Positions 28,408 through 37,537 of a stretch of 64,000 bases of DNA are shown here, in pieces. Location of the stretch: the NCBI GenBank assembly GCA_013911165.1, contig JACETR010000006.1:4570-68569 (forward strand), in the 5' to 3' direction. Source of the stretch: Planctomycetota bacterium. Lineage in GTDB: Bacteria; Planctomycetota; UBA8108; UBA1146. The notes beneath the pieces are model-generated. The model made no database searches. It was given only the letters and a program-made list of their open reading frames with translations, and was not told where the DNA came from. The stretch's first letter is position 1; every line of letters begins with the position of its first letter. The translations under genes and the position numbers were made by a program.

Positions 28408-29790
28408 CTAGACCTCACAAAGCAGGAGAAGTTCCTGCACTGCTTTGTTGGTATCACCTTGTCCAGAGTGCATTAACTTTTGCTCTCGGACTTCGACAGT
28501 ATTGAAGTACTCCAGCAGGAGATCGCGCATTTGGGCAACCGGTTGTGAATGTCCTTCACGAGTCCATTTTTTTGTCAGCAAGCCGGTATCACCTGAATAA
28601 GAGATCAACAGGCTTGCTCCTCTGCTGACACAACTTTTGGCAACTTTTCGAAATGCTTCTTCGACTTGCGATCCGCTACAAAAATCAGAAGTGAAGCGGG
28701 TCTCCCGAATTGGATATCTTCCCTTGGTCAGTTCATCGCCCCTGCATTGGAGCTCCGGATAATCGTACCGGGCGAGTGTTTCCAGTACATGATAGAAGCG
28801 ACTGTAGTTGTCTGAGGTATAGGGGGGATCAAGATAGACGAGATCGACCTTTTCAGAATCCAGAGGACTATCTTCTCCCAACAACTCGAGAACGTCGGAG
28901 CAAAAGACCCTGTTACCGGACAACCTTGGTCGCTCCAGAACTTCACGGCGAATGGCATCCAGTGCCAGTTCAAACTGCTCTTCGATGTCGATTGATCTTC
29001 TTTTTACGACAGCCACCAGTTCCTTGTCCTTCTCTACAGACCGGGGCTGTGCAAAGTGACTGGTTCCCGAGGTACTCACGGAAACGGCATGAAGCAAGGC
29101 TGCCAGGTAGATGGACTTTTTCTCCTGAGAGAACTCCGATTCTGTCGGGATCTCATTAATCGCCTGGCGAATAGAATCGATGGCGATGGCCTGCTTGATT
29201 CCAAAATAGACCTGCCCCCAGTATGCGACGCACATCATCGCTGGAGTCGACTCTCTTGTTCTCCGTCTCGCACTCAAAATTTCGGGAAGGAGCGGCCGAA
29301 TCGTTGCGTAAGGATCGTCCTGAAGATCATTTTGCGGACTTTGGTACGGCACCGGGACGAGAGAGCAGAATCGGCGATATTCTGTCAAAAGCGCACCCTC
29401 TATGGGGTCAGTTGTAAGCAGTTGGTCGAGCAGTTCCGTTTCTCGGGTCAGGGATTCAGCGTAAAGACCTTCAAGGGCATCGGCATTACGACCTCTGGCA
29501 TCAGCCAAGTCTGATTCCGGCTCAAGTCGGTCCAGTGCCCTGGCCCAGTCTTCGGAGACCTCCAAATGGGCCCGAGCTATCACCGAGGAAAACTCCTGGG
29601 CATCATTGGCCAGAACACGATAGTCCCCTGCAAACCAGCGCCCCACCGCGCCAGTTCCGGAACATGCATCCAGTATCGTCGCACCCGGAGAGACCAGATC
29701 CCTGACAGCACCGTCGATAAATTCTTCACACAATCGGGTTTTGGCACCCATATACCAGAGTGTTCTCAGAGGTGTCATTGGGGCACTCAT
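28408..29790 (-). CDS. Second D12-class N6-adenine DNA methyltransferase
   Basis: WYMGAKT, LDACSGTGAVG, ANDAQEFS, YLDPPYTSDNYSRFYHVLETL, ISYS. ATG 29790 overlaps the upstream TGA. Confidence 0.85.
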   Translation of the reverse strand: MSAPMTPLRTLWYMGAKTRLCEEFIDGAVRDLVSPGATILDACSGTGAVGRWFAGDYRVLANDAQEFSSVIARAHLEVSEDWARALDRLEPESDLADARGRNADALEGLYAESLTRETELLDQLLTTDPIEGALLTEYRRFCSLVPVPYQSPQNDLQDDPYATIRPLLPEILSARRRTRESTPAMMCVAYWGQVYFGIKQAIAIDSIRQAINEIPTESEFSQEKKSIYLAALLHAVSVSTSGTSHFAQPRSVEKDKELVAVVKRRSIDIEEQFELALDAIRREVLERPRLSGNRVFCSDVLELLGEDSPLDSEKVDLVYLDPPYTSDNYSRFYHVLETLARYDYPELQCRGDELTKGRYPIRETRFTSDFCSGSQVEEAFRKVAKSCVSRGASLLISYSGDTGLLTKKWTREGHSQPVAQMRDLLLEYFNTVEVREQKLMHSGQGDTNKAVQELLLLCEV

Positions 29791-30428
29791 CCGTAGCTTC
29801 CAATCTGTTCCATACTGACCTGCAAATCTGCAAGCCACTTCCTCTGGCATTCGGCACACAAGGAGAGAGTTTTGCCTTGACCCAAACCCGCGAGCCAGGC
29901 ACTCCACCCCTGCCAACTAACCAAAAATTCCACCCATGTTCCTGAAGCATCATGCCCCAGACTGATACAAGCATCACTTCTCAAAGGCCCCCAGCCTGAA
30001 GTCCAGACCAACTGGTAGCAATCCTTCCCCGACTCACCGGTGTTGTTCCCCGGATCATTTCTGACAGAGGACCATTCACGCCCCTTGTGATTCAGGAGAT
30101 GGCTGAGATTCAGGATTTGACCGACCTTTCGGAAGCGAACTTCTTCAGGGTCCTTCAGCAATGCGATCGTTCCACCACGGAGAGGAGCAGGGGGCCTGAG
30201 CTCCCAATCCAGTTTCCAGCGGATTCCCGGAGTCAGGTCCCGCAGATTTCCCGGGCCGGAAACCTTCACCGAATGACACCAATCTTGCCATGAGGCCAGA
30301 TCTGTCAGGTGTGACCAAACCTTTTCGGGGGCAGCGTTCAACCAGGCTGTTTCCCTGACTGATACCACTCTCACAGTAGCCCCTCCTGTTTCTCCCCACT
30401 CGGGCTCCCGGTTATGGGGAACCTGCAA
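29787..30428 (-). CDS. SRPBCC/START-fold (polyketide cyclase-like) protein
   Basis: LNAAPEKVWSHLTDLASWQDW N-terminal pattern and C-terminal helix. Confidence 0.6.
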   Translation of the reverse strand: MQVPHNREPEWGETGGATVRVVSVRETAWLNAAPEKVWSHLTDLASWQDWCHSVKVSGPGNLRDLTPGIRWKLDWELRPPAPLRGGTIALLKDPEEVRFRKVGQILNLSHLLNHKGREWSSVRNDPGNNTGESGKDCYQLVWTSGWGPLRSDACISLGHDASGTWVEFLVSWQGWSAWLAGLGQGKTLSLCAECQRKWLADLQVSMEQIGSYG

Positions 30429-30660
30429 TGGGGTATACGGCGTTTCCTATCATGAGACCCTGCCCCATCAGGGTCAAGGAGAGCGGGTTGCGCCATTTCC
30501 CGGGGTGGATACACCGGGCTGATCACAGTAATTTGGTATGGAACACTTCGGGACATCCGCGATTCTTGGTACGATCGATTCATCACAGGGACCCGATTGC
30601 GACCGTGATACCGCAAACATGATTCTGTGTTTTGAGACATGCCACCGGAAGAAGGACTTC

Positions 30661-31131
30661 TTGACGAAACCCCTCGTACCCCTTGTGCAGGCCATTCTTC
30701 TGTGTGATCGAGTCTACAAGGATGATGACTCAACCAAGTGCGTACTTGCGGGAACCTTCAACAAGGTTCGCCTGGCAGAATTTCCTGCAGAATATGCACC
30801 GGCCACTCTCTACATCAATCTGAGCGATTTCTCCGGGCTGCACAAAATTTCTTTCCGGTTCAAAAGGCTCGTCGATGACATGATTCTCGAAGAGAGTCCA
30901 GAGTTCGAAATCTACCATGACGACCGGCGGGAACATCACGAGTGCATCTTCGAACTCCCACCCATGGAATTCCCCGAACCGGGTCGCTACACATGGGAAG
31001 TGGTCTTCAACAGAACTGAAATCCTCGGTACTGCAGACGTGGAAGCAGTCTTGATGGAAGAGATCAGCCCCGATGAATTCGAAGAGCATCGCGGTGAGGA
31101 GAATGGCGGAACCGAAGACCGTGGTCTTTGA
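30661..31131 (+). CDS. Hypothetical beta-sandwich protein (DUF6941-like)
   Basis: PLVQAILLCDRVYKD..KCVLAGTFN..FPEPGRYTWEV; TTG start after AAGGA. Confidence 0.6.
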   Translation: MTKPLVPLVQAILLCDRVYKDDDSTKCVLAGTFNKVRLAEFPAEYAPATLYINLSDFSGLHKISFRFKRLVDDMILEESPEFEIYHDDRREHHECIFELPPMEFPEPGRYTWEVVFNRTEILGTADVEAVLMEEISPDEFEEHRGEENGGTEDRGL

Positions 31132-31169
31132 TTCCCTAAATCTGTCGCTCGCCTGATCAAACTGACTGC

Positions 31170-31457
31170 TCAGCCTTCCTTCGCCTTTTGTGAAATCTTG
31201 CTGAAGTGGTTTCGCAATAAGGATTGCTTTCCAGGTTTCAAACCCCTGAGTTGTTCTTCAAACAAATTCACCATTTGCCAGCGGGCCAACAGGGAAGTGA
31301 TCCGGGTGCTCACTCTGGGGCTCGGATCCCGAATCGCCGGCGCCAGTACCTTCACCTGCTCCTGAGTGAGAGCTTCCTTCAGCAACTCCTTGAGGATCAG
31401 TTTCTTTTCCCTCCCTTCTGACTCCAGAAAAGAGCGGATCTTCTCCTCGATGCTCAC
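31170..31457 (-). CDS. Small helical (HEAT-like) hypothetical protein
   Basis: GTGA overlap with the upstream stop; LAPAIRDPSPRVSTRITSLL HEAT-like motif. Confidence 0.6.
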   Translation of the reverse strand: MSIEEKIRSFLESEGREKKLILKELLKEALTQEQVKVLAPAIRDPSPRVSTRITSLLARWQMVNLFEEQLRGLKPGKQSLLRNHFSKISQKAKEG

Positions 31458-33175
31458 TTCAGCAGATCCAGCAAGTCGCCACTGTCCTTGTCCGCTGTCG
31501 CGGTCCAATGGAAAATCACCTCTTTGCGTACTCCCGCAGGAATCTGAAGATTCCAGCGACAGATCCCATCACGACTGATCTCCGGTTTGGGTTCCGTTTC
31601 ATCCCCCAGCTCTATTTCCAACTCTTCCACCAGACTGACCGGAATCCGGGAAACCAACTCAAGGGTGACGGGCCTATCAAGGTACGAGGTCACTGCAAAC
31701 AATGATTTTTTCTCCAGTCGGGGCCGGGAGAAAGCCGATCCCGATGGCGATCGGAACTCTCCCAAATCCTGCACATGTAGCTTGAGACGACCCTCCAGAC
31801 CGAAGAACTGGACGAACTCCTGACCGGCAGCGATCGTTTCCACATTCCCCAATCCCACATAGGTCCCGGATCGGAAGCACTGGACTTCACCGTTGAGCAA
31901 TAAACCGGGCCCGGGCTGAACTAATCGGGCCTTTCGATATACTCCAGCCCCCAATGCAGGAATGGCTTCGTAGGACAGCTCTGCCACTGCTTCCCAGGTC
32001 TGGATTTCGACAGCGTGGGCGCTTCCATCCGAAGGCACGTCGGACAGGGTTTGGATACGGAAAGAAACGACCCCACCAAATCCGGTTTCCATCACCGGAG
32101 CTGCCCAACCGGCAGGATCAAAGCCGCGGGAATCGTCGCTGGTCTCTGCACTCTCTTGCGGTACCGCATCGGAGTCCATGGAATCAGCTGAAGGTGCAGA
32201 AACCAGTTTCGCGTTCCTGTCCCCCAAACGTTCAGCCAGCGAGACTTCAATGGGAATCAGTTGGCCCACACTCAGTCCCAGCGACGACCGCAAAGTGGAA
32301 AGTGTCAACTCAACAGCGGACCAGTCTTCCCCCGAAGACTGGGTCACTTGTGCACCCTGTTTCCACGTCACCTTCCCGGTTGAATCGTTCAATCGGGCTT
32401 CATGAACCGGTTTCCACCGTGCTGATGGCACATCATAGGAAAGGTTCAAATCGAGGGCACAATCCTCCAAGACCTGGCAGGTCACCGAAGCAATCCAGTA
32501 ACTTCTTCTGGCATCCCTTTGATATCGCCTGAGATCAGCCAACAGATCATTTCGCTCACGCTGCAGGGATTCACGCTCCCTTTGAAGCAAATCGGCTTCT
32601 TCAGAGTTTTCCACCTCATTGGTGAACAGCCACTGCTGGATCTCACTGACTTCCTGCAAATTCCACAGGGGGCGCTGAGGATCACCGGCGGGAGCTGAGA
32701 CGACGGCTCGAAGAATCTCTGAATAACGCTTCAGAACACGATTTCGTAAATCCGCAATCTCTCTCTTGCCCTGATTCACACTCAGGCGTTCACCGACCTT
32801 ATCCAACTTCTCCAAAAGTTCCGCTTCCTGCGCATGATTGACCTTCAGCGGAAATTCTTCTTCGAGTTGCACACCAAGAATGAGGGACTTTTCCGTCGCC
32901 TCCCCGGCAACTATGGCTCTTAAACTGTTTGGATTCAATTCTGCTGGAAGTTTACGGAAAATCACCTGATGAAGACCTGCGGTCAAATCGAGGCTTCGTT
33001 GACGTGTCACCCTTGCCCTGTTTTCAAAGACAGTGACCGCATGCGGTTTGTCGATTTCGACGGAAGAATTCTCCTGTGCAGTAGTGACAGCAGAAAACCC
33101 GGTGGTCAGCGAAGTCATGAGAATGGTTTTCAGAAGGAACCCCGAAAAGCGGCTCTGGACTTTATGAAGTAACAT
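31454..33175 (-). CDS. DUF4140/DUF4139 (MuiA-like) secreted protein
   Basis: AVTVFENRARVTR, coiled coil, ARWKPVHEARL, VTQSSGEDW, VPSDG, DGICRW. Confidence 0.85.
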   Translation of the reverse strand: MLLHKVQSRFSGFLLKTILMTSLTTGFSAVTTAQENSSVEIDKPHAVTVFENRARVTRQRSLDLTAGLHQVIFRKLPAELNPNSLRAIVAGEATEKSLILGVQLEEEFPLKVNHAQEAELLEKLDKVGERLSVNQGKREIADLRNRVLKRYSEILRAVVSAPAGDPQRPLWNLQEVSEIQQWLFTNEVENSEEADLLQRERESLQRERNDLLADLRRYQRDARRSYWIASVTCQVLEDCALDLNLSYDVPSARWKPVHEARLNDSTGKVTWKQGAQVTQSSGEDWSAVELTLSTLRSSLGLSVGQLIPIEVSLAERLGDRNAKLVSAPSADSMDSDAVPQESAETSDDSRGFDPAGWAAPVMETGFGGVVSFRIQTLSDVPSDGSAHAVEIQTWEAVAELSYEAIPALGAGVYRKARLVQPGPGLLLNGEVQCFRSGTYVGLGNVETIAAGQEFVQFFGLEGRLKLHVQDLGEFRSPSGSAFSRPRLEKKSLFAVTSYLDRPVTLELVSRIPVSLVEELEIELGDETEPKPEISRDGICRWNLQIPAGVRKEVIFHWTATADKDSGDLLDLLK

Positions 33176-34962
33176 TATTCACCCCCCAATCTCTCAGGGG
33201 CTTCCCGGCGCAAGAGAATCTTGTCTTTGGGAATTTGCATAGTCCAAATCAGACGGAGCTCGCGGGATTTTCCGGGTTCGACAGTCACGCTCCAGCGCAA
33301 TATTCCGTCTACGGGTTTCAGATTTTCCGGGGCGGGTTCTGTTTTTGATTTATCAATCTCAATGGAGACCGATTCGTCATCACTGACGGGGATTCTTTCC
33401 AGAATCTCAATAGTCTCCGCAGAATCCCCGTAGTTCTCCAACTTCAATCTCGTCTCAGTGCGATACTCTGTCAGTCTGCTCAGTAATCCCCTGGTTTCTT
33501 CTGACTCCACAGTGTTTCGGCTCACAACGACCTGGTCCATCGTTCCGAGGTCCAGCGCCCATTCTTCACCCGGAGCAACAGTGTTTTCGATCCGGGTCAT
33601 TCCCAGATAATCTCGACCGGCAAAAACTGAAACTTCTCCTGCCAACAATGGCTCTTCCCCATTCAGGGAAAGCAACAATCGGCGAAAGACGGCAGTCTCC
33701 AATTCCGGAACACACCTGTGAACTGCCTTGAAGGGAATCGTATCGATGGAATAAAGGCGTCTATGTGGTGACCCGGTGGATTCCACCTGCTCTGCATGAA
33801 TCGCCTCGAATACAGTCAGGAATCCGCGATCATCCAACCCGTCTGCTGCGCCCGCTTTATCGTCCCCTTCATAGAAGAAGGCCTTGCCCCTGTCGAAAGA
33901 CAATCCACCGAGAACCGGAGGTTGCTCACGGATACGCCCCCGCTTCAGTTGTTCGGGTCTTCTCCTTGGAGACTCCTTGTCATCGACACCGTTATTGGCA
34001 AGAGGTTTGGACTTGCGGCTCATGACCGGCTCCGGCTGAAGGAATCGAGGTCTTTCAATTTTCAGTGCGGAAAGACTTCCAGGTTCCGCACCGGATTCAG
34101 GAAGGCTGGTCGAGAAGAACATCGGAACCGCAGGCCAATCTTCTCCAGTCCACTGATAAACCTCTGCATAACTTTTCAGCTGGATCTGATCTGTCTCCTC
34201 CTGAACGTGGACTTGATAAATGGGCTTCCAGATTGCACCAGCGACCTGGTACTCCACTCTGAAGACTCCACCTTTTCCGGAGAGATCCAATGATTCGATC
34301 TCAATCACGGCCTTGTTTCTCCCGGAGTTGACTTCGTAGGTTGCCAACTCCTGCTCAAGTTTCTGCAGTGTGGATTTGGCAACAAGAATTTTCGGTACCA
34401 ACAGGATTCTCTGATCTGTTGCGTTTTTCATTCCGCTGAGGATCAGTTCGGCCAACCCTTGCCACGCTTTTTTTGACAATGGACTGTTCACTGAAGAACC
34501 CGGTTTCTCCGGGACCAGTCCTTCAAAACGGGCTTGATGGGCGGCAAGCGTTTCATCTTGACGCTGAAGTGCAAGAAGGGATTTTTTTGCTTCCGCGATT
34601 TGACCACGAAGAACCTTCAAACTTTGAGGCTCTACAGGATCCCCGCTCGATCGACGAACCTTGACGGACAAGACCTGTACTTCACCCTCAGCAGTCACAC
34701 GAATCGAAGAATCCCGCAGACTTGAGGGCAGGGGGCCCAGTTGCAACAAACGCTGCCCGGGCTCACCTTCTGGTAACGCCACGGTTCGCTCCACATTGGC
34801 GATCCCCGGGTAAACCGTGACGGATGTGATCGTCCCGGGTCTGGATTCCTGTGAGCCCGCCATGGAGGGCAACCCCCATGAAATGAGAAGCAGCAGGAAA
34901 CCAACCACTGCATTTTTAATGTGTCCGGGATACATGACAGCCTCCTGGCTTTGGGTCTTCAA
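33175..34962 (-). CDS. DUF4140/DUF4139 (MuiA-like) secreted protein
   Basis: ITSVTVYPGIANVER, AIWKPIY, VYQWTGEDW, LERIPVS, DGILRW; TAATG overlap with the downstream paralog. Confidence 0.85.
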   Translation of the reverse strand: MKTQSQEAVMYPGHIKNAVVGFLLLLISWGLPSMAGSQESRPGTITSVTVYPGIANVERTVALPEGEPGQRLLQLGPLPSSLRDSSIRVTAEGEVQVLSVKVRRSSGDPVEPQSLKVLRGQIAEAKKSLLALQRQDETLAAHQARFEGLVPEKPGSSVNSPLSKKAWQGLAELILSGMKNATDQRILLVPKILVAKSTLQKLEQELATYEVNSGRNKAVIEIESLDLSGKGGVFRVEYQVAGAIWKPIYQVHVQEETDQIQLKSYAEVYQWTGEDWPAVPMFFSTSLPESGAEPGSLSALKIERPRFLQPEPVMSRKSKPLANNGVDDKESPRRRPEQLKRGRIREQPPVLGGLSFDRGKAFFYEGDDKAGAADGLDDRGFLTVFEAIHAEQVESTGSPHRRLYSIDTIPFKAVHRCVPELETAVFRRLLLSLNGEEPLLAGEVSVFAGRDYLGMTRIENTVAPGEEWALDLGTMDQVVVSRNTVESEETRGLLSRLTEYRTETRLKLENYGDSAETIEILERIPVSDDESVSIEIDKSKTEPAPENLKPVDGILRWSVTVEPGKSRELRLIWTMQIPKDKILLRREAPERLGGE

Positions 34963-35657
34963 AGTCGCTGTGAGTTCTCGAGTTGGGCAATCCGTTTTTC
35001 GAGAGCATCCAGCTTTTCTTCCAGCTGACTCAAACGATCCGAAGAAGGCTGCGGGGGGGGCGAAGAGATTGAAGTGGCAGAGATTGAAGTGGCAGGGGTT
35101 GAAGTGGCTGACGTTGTCGATTCCGGTGCTTTTTCAACCATGGCATCAAGCAGCGCAGCATCCTGCAAAAGATGGCCCCAGCGAACTCCCCTTTGAATTC
35201 CAGGTGGTGTCAGACGACGAGCCAACGGTTGATCTTTACCGGCAAGCCCCTGCAAGACTTCGTTCAGCGCTGCCATGTCGGGTATCGATTTCATTCTTGA
35301 GGCACGGGTACGCAGCTCACCGACCGTTTGCGCGCCTCTGAGAAGAAACTCAGCCAGAACAGCCATTTCCTGTCCATTCAATTCGAGCATCCCTGTCAGT
35401 TCCTGACGGTACTTCCCCGCCCTTGAACCCGAGGCAAAGACCTGTGTCGCCAGTCCACGATTCGCAAGCGTGTTCAGGACTCCTTCGACTTCGTCTTCCA
35501 TCAGCGACATCACCGGATCCCGGTTTGATTTCTGATTACAGGCCGTCACCACCTGATTCAGGGTCAAGGGGTAATACTGGGGTGTGGCGAGAGACTTCTC
35601 GATCAGCACGCCCATGACTCTTTGCTCTGCAGCATTCAACAGAGGAGGTTCAAACAT
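34959..35657 (-). CDS. DUF480 (YceH) family protein
   Basis: EQRVMGVLIEKSLATPQYYPLTLN...ACNQKSNRDPVM, LLRGAQTVGELRTR. Confidence 0.92.
   Translation of the reverse strand: MFEPPLLNAAEQRVMGVLIEKSLATPQYYPLTLNQVVTACNQKSNRDPVMSLMEDEVEGVLNTLANRGLATQVFASGSRAGKYRQELTGMLELNGQEMAVLAEFLLRGAQTVGELRTRASRMKSIPDMAALNEVLQGLAGKDQPLARRLTPPGIQRGVRWGHLLQDAALLDAMVEKAPESTTSATSTPATSISATSISSPPPQPSSDRLSQLEEKLDALEKRIAQLENSQRL
35064..35108. repeat. In-frame 15-bp tandem repeat x3 in the DUF480 linker
   Basis: AGAGATTGAAGTGGC twice plus AGGGGTTGAAGTGGC, encoding ATSTP-ATSIS-ATSIS on the minus strand. Confidence 0.85.
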
Positions 35658-35843
35658 CAAAAATTCCCGTTTCCTGAATGAGGGCCTGATGCCCCAAAAG
35701 TTCACTCGACTGGCAACAAAGGTCAAATACCACTGATCGAACATCTTAACTGAAGCAAGCGGTCCCTCTAACACGCTTTTCGGGGATCGATGACCCGCCC
35801 CTCTCCGGTTACCGTGATCCACTGATCCAGATCAACCCCGATA

Positions 35844-36452
35844 TTGAATCCCGTTCCCACAGAGGAGAGAACCTTGAGCCGCAAACGACGCCTCGACCAA
35901 CACCGGGCAGATGCGGATTCCAGAGAACAGCGCCCCCGGCCCGATCTGGTTCTCATTCTCGACAATATTCGCAGTCTGACCAATGTCGGCGCCATCTTTC
36001 GGGCCGCGGATGGCTTCGGGGTGAAAGAGATTTACCTGTGTGGAATTACGCCGACTCCACCCCGACCTGAGATTGCGAAAATTTCTCTCGGAGCGGAAGA
36101 GACGATTCAGTGGCATCAAATGGAGGACCCTGCGGTCGCGGTACGCAAACTTCAAAATGATGGCTTTACCGTTCTCGCACTCGAACAGACTCGCGATTCC
36201 AACAGTGCCTACGATCAGGAATTCCCACACCCCCTCGCTATCGTTCTGGGACATGAGGTGGTGGGTGTGGATGAACAGGTGCTCTTCCTTTGCGACGGCA
36301 GCGTGGAAATTCCGATGTTTGGTTCTAAGCATTCACACAATGTTGCGACCTCTTGCGGCATCGTATTGTCAGAAATCCGTCGCAAGTGGCTCACCTTCGG
36401 AGACACCCCGCCATGGCTTCAGGGTTCCGGATCGACGGGAGAAACCGCATGA
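35844..36452 (+). CDS. SpoU/TrmH family RNA 2'-O-methyltransferase
   Basis: LDNIRSLTNVGAIFRAADGFG, LGHEVVGV, EIPMFGSKHSHNVA. Confidence 0.9.
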   Translation: MNPVPTEERTLSRKRRLDQHRADADSREQRPRPDLVLILDNIRSLTNVGAIFRAADGFGVKEIYLCGITPTPPRPEIAKISLGAEETIQWHQMEDPAVAVRKLQNDGFTVLALEQTRDSNSAYDQEFPHPLAIVLGHEVVGVDEQVLFLCDGSVEIPMFGSKHSHNVATSCGIVLSEIRRKWLTFGDTPPWLQGSGSTGETA

Positions 36453-37435
36453 CTTCGACGGACAAGAACCACTGGATCGCAGGTCTCGATGAGGCGGGAT
36501 ATGGCCCCTGGCTAGGGCCCATGGTGATCGGATTTGTTTCGCTGAAAGCACAAAAAGGAACATCCCCCAGTGCTCCATGGGATCTGGTGCCGAATCTGGG
36601 CAGGGCAGGTCGCAGGGAAAAGGGAATCATCTCTGTTGCAGATTCAAAAAAGTTGCACCGACCCGGTAAAGGAGATCTCACTCGGCTGGAGGAAGCCGTC
36701 CTCGCCTTTGTCACCATCGACCGGGGAGAAAGTCCCAAGACATTTCGCGAACTCATCGACCATCTGACCGCGGGCCGATCCGACTATCTGGATCTTTACC
36801 CCTGGTACCAGAACCAGGATTTGCCCCTTCCCTTTTCCGCCGAACCGATCGATTTGTCGGGCAAGAGCCGGAAGCTCGAACGGGGACTCGAGGCGGCGGG
36901 AATGGAGGTCAGCGAAGTGCGGGCGATCCCTCTGGAGGTTGAGGAATTCAATTCCGAAGTGACTTCCCGTGGTAGCAAAGGTGCCGTCGATGCATGGGCG
37001 ATGGGTCGGTTCCTGCATTGGCTGTGGATGATTGAGGATCGCCACAGCATTGAGGTATGGACCGATCGGCTGGGTGGAAGAGAGAGATATGGTCCATTCC
37101 TCTATCCCCTCTTTCCCGGCTGCCAATTCAAAATTCTCGAGCAAAACAAGGATGCCCAGTCCTACAGGGCGGACAATCCCGCAGGCAAGACTCTTGAAGT
37201 TCACTTCCGCAAGGAATGTGAAGATCACAGTTTCTGTACTGCACTGGCCTCCATGACCGCTAAATATCTCCGTGAATTGCACATGGTTCTGTTGAATCGC
37301 TGGTGGGCAGAACACCTTCCGGAGTTGAAACCGACCGCCGGTTACCCCCAGGATGCCCGTCGCTTTATCTCCGAAGTCGATGAAGTGAGATCCGGTTTGG
37401 GGATCGACAAAGAGATCCTCGTTCGCAGTCGCTGA
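36449..37435 (+). CDS. Ribonuclease HII-like protein
   Basis: GLDEAGYGPWLGPMV, DSKKL, DRLGG, ALASMTAKYLRE, GYP; ATGA overlap. Confidence 0.75.
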   Translation: MTSTDKNHWIAGLDEAGYGPWLGPMVIGFVSLKAQKGTSPSAPWDLVPNLGRAGRREKGIISVADSKKLHRPGKGDLTRLEEAVLAFVTIDRGESPKTFRELIDHLTAGRSDYLDLYPWYQNQDLPLPFSAEPIDLSGKSRKLERGLEAAGMEVSEVRAIPLEVEEFNSEVTSRGSKGAVDAWAMGRFLHWLWMIEDRHSIEVWTDRLGGRERYGPFLYPLFPGCQFKILEQNKDAQSYRADNPAGKTLEVHFRKECEDHSFCTALASMTAKYLRELHMVLLNRWWAEHLPELKPTAGYPQDARRFISEVDEVRSGLGIDKEILVRSR

Positions 37436-37537
37436 TCCCACAAAATGGCCTCATTGGCCCTCCTGACGCCGAAGTTGATCCTGAAGGGCCTCTCGGCTAC
37501 TTTCATTGATTGATCTTTTCTCAAAAAGGAGTCTACG

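Noticed and set aside
35053-35060. G8 run in DUF480 and C8 run at 26929-26936 in DUF423 as phase-variation tracts
   Set aside because: Short, in-frame (Pro/Gly codons), both ORFs intact, and unremarkable in GC-rich DNA
35064-35108. Direct repeats as a mini CRISPR array
   Set aside because: Contiguous 15-bp units with no spacers, inside a coding linker, and no cas genes
37436-37537. GGCCCT...AGGGCC hairpin upstream of fhs as a possible THF or ZTP riboswitch
   Set aside because: None of the conserved riboswitch sequence blocks is present and the leader is short
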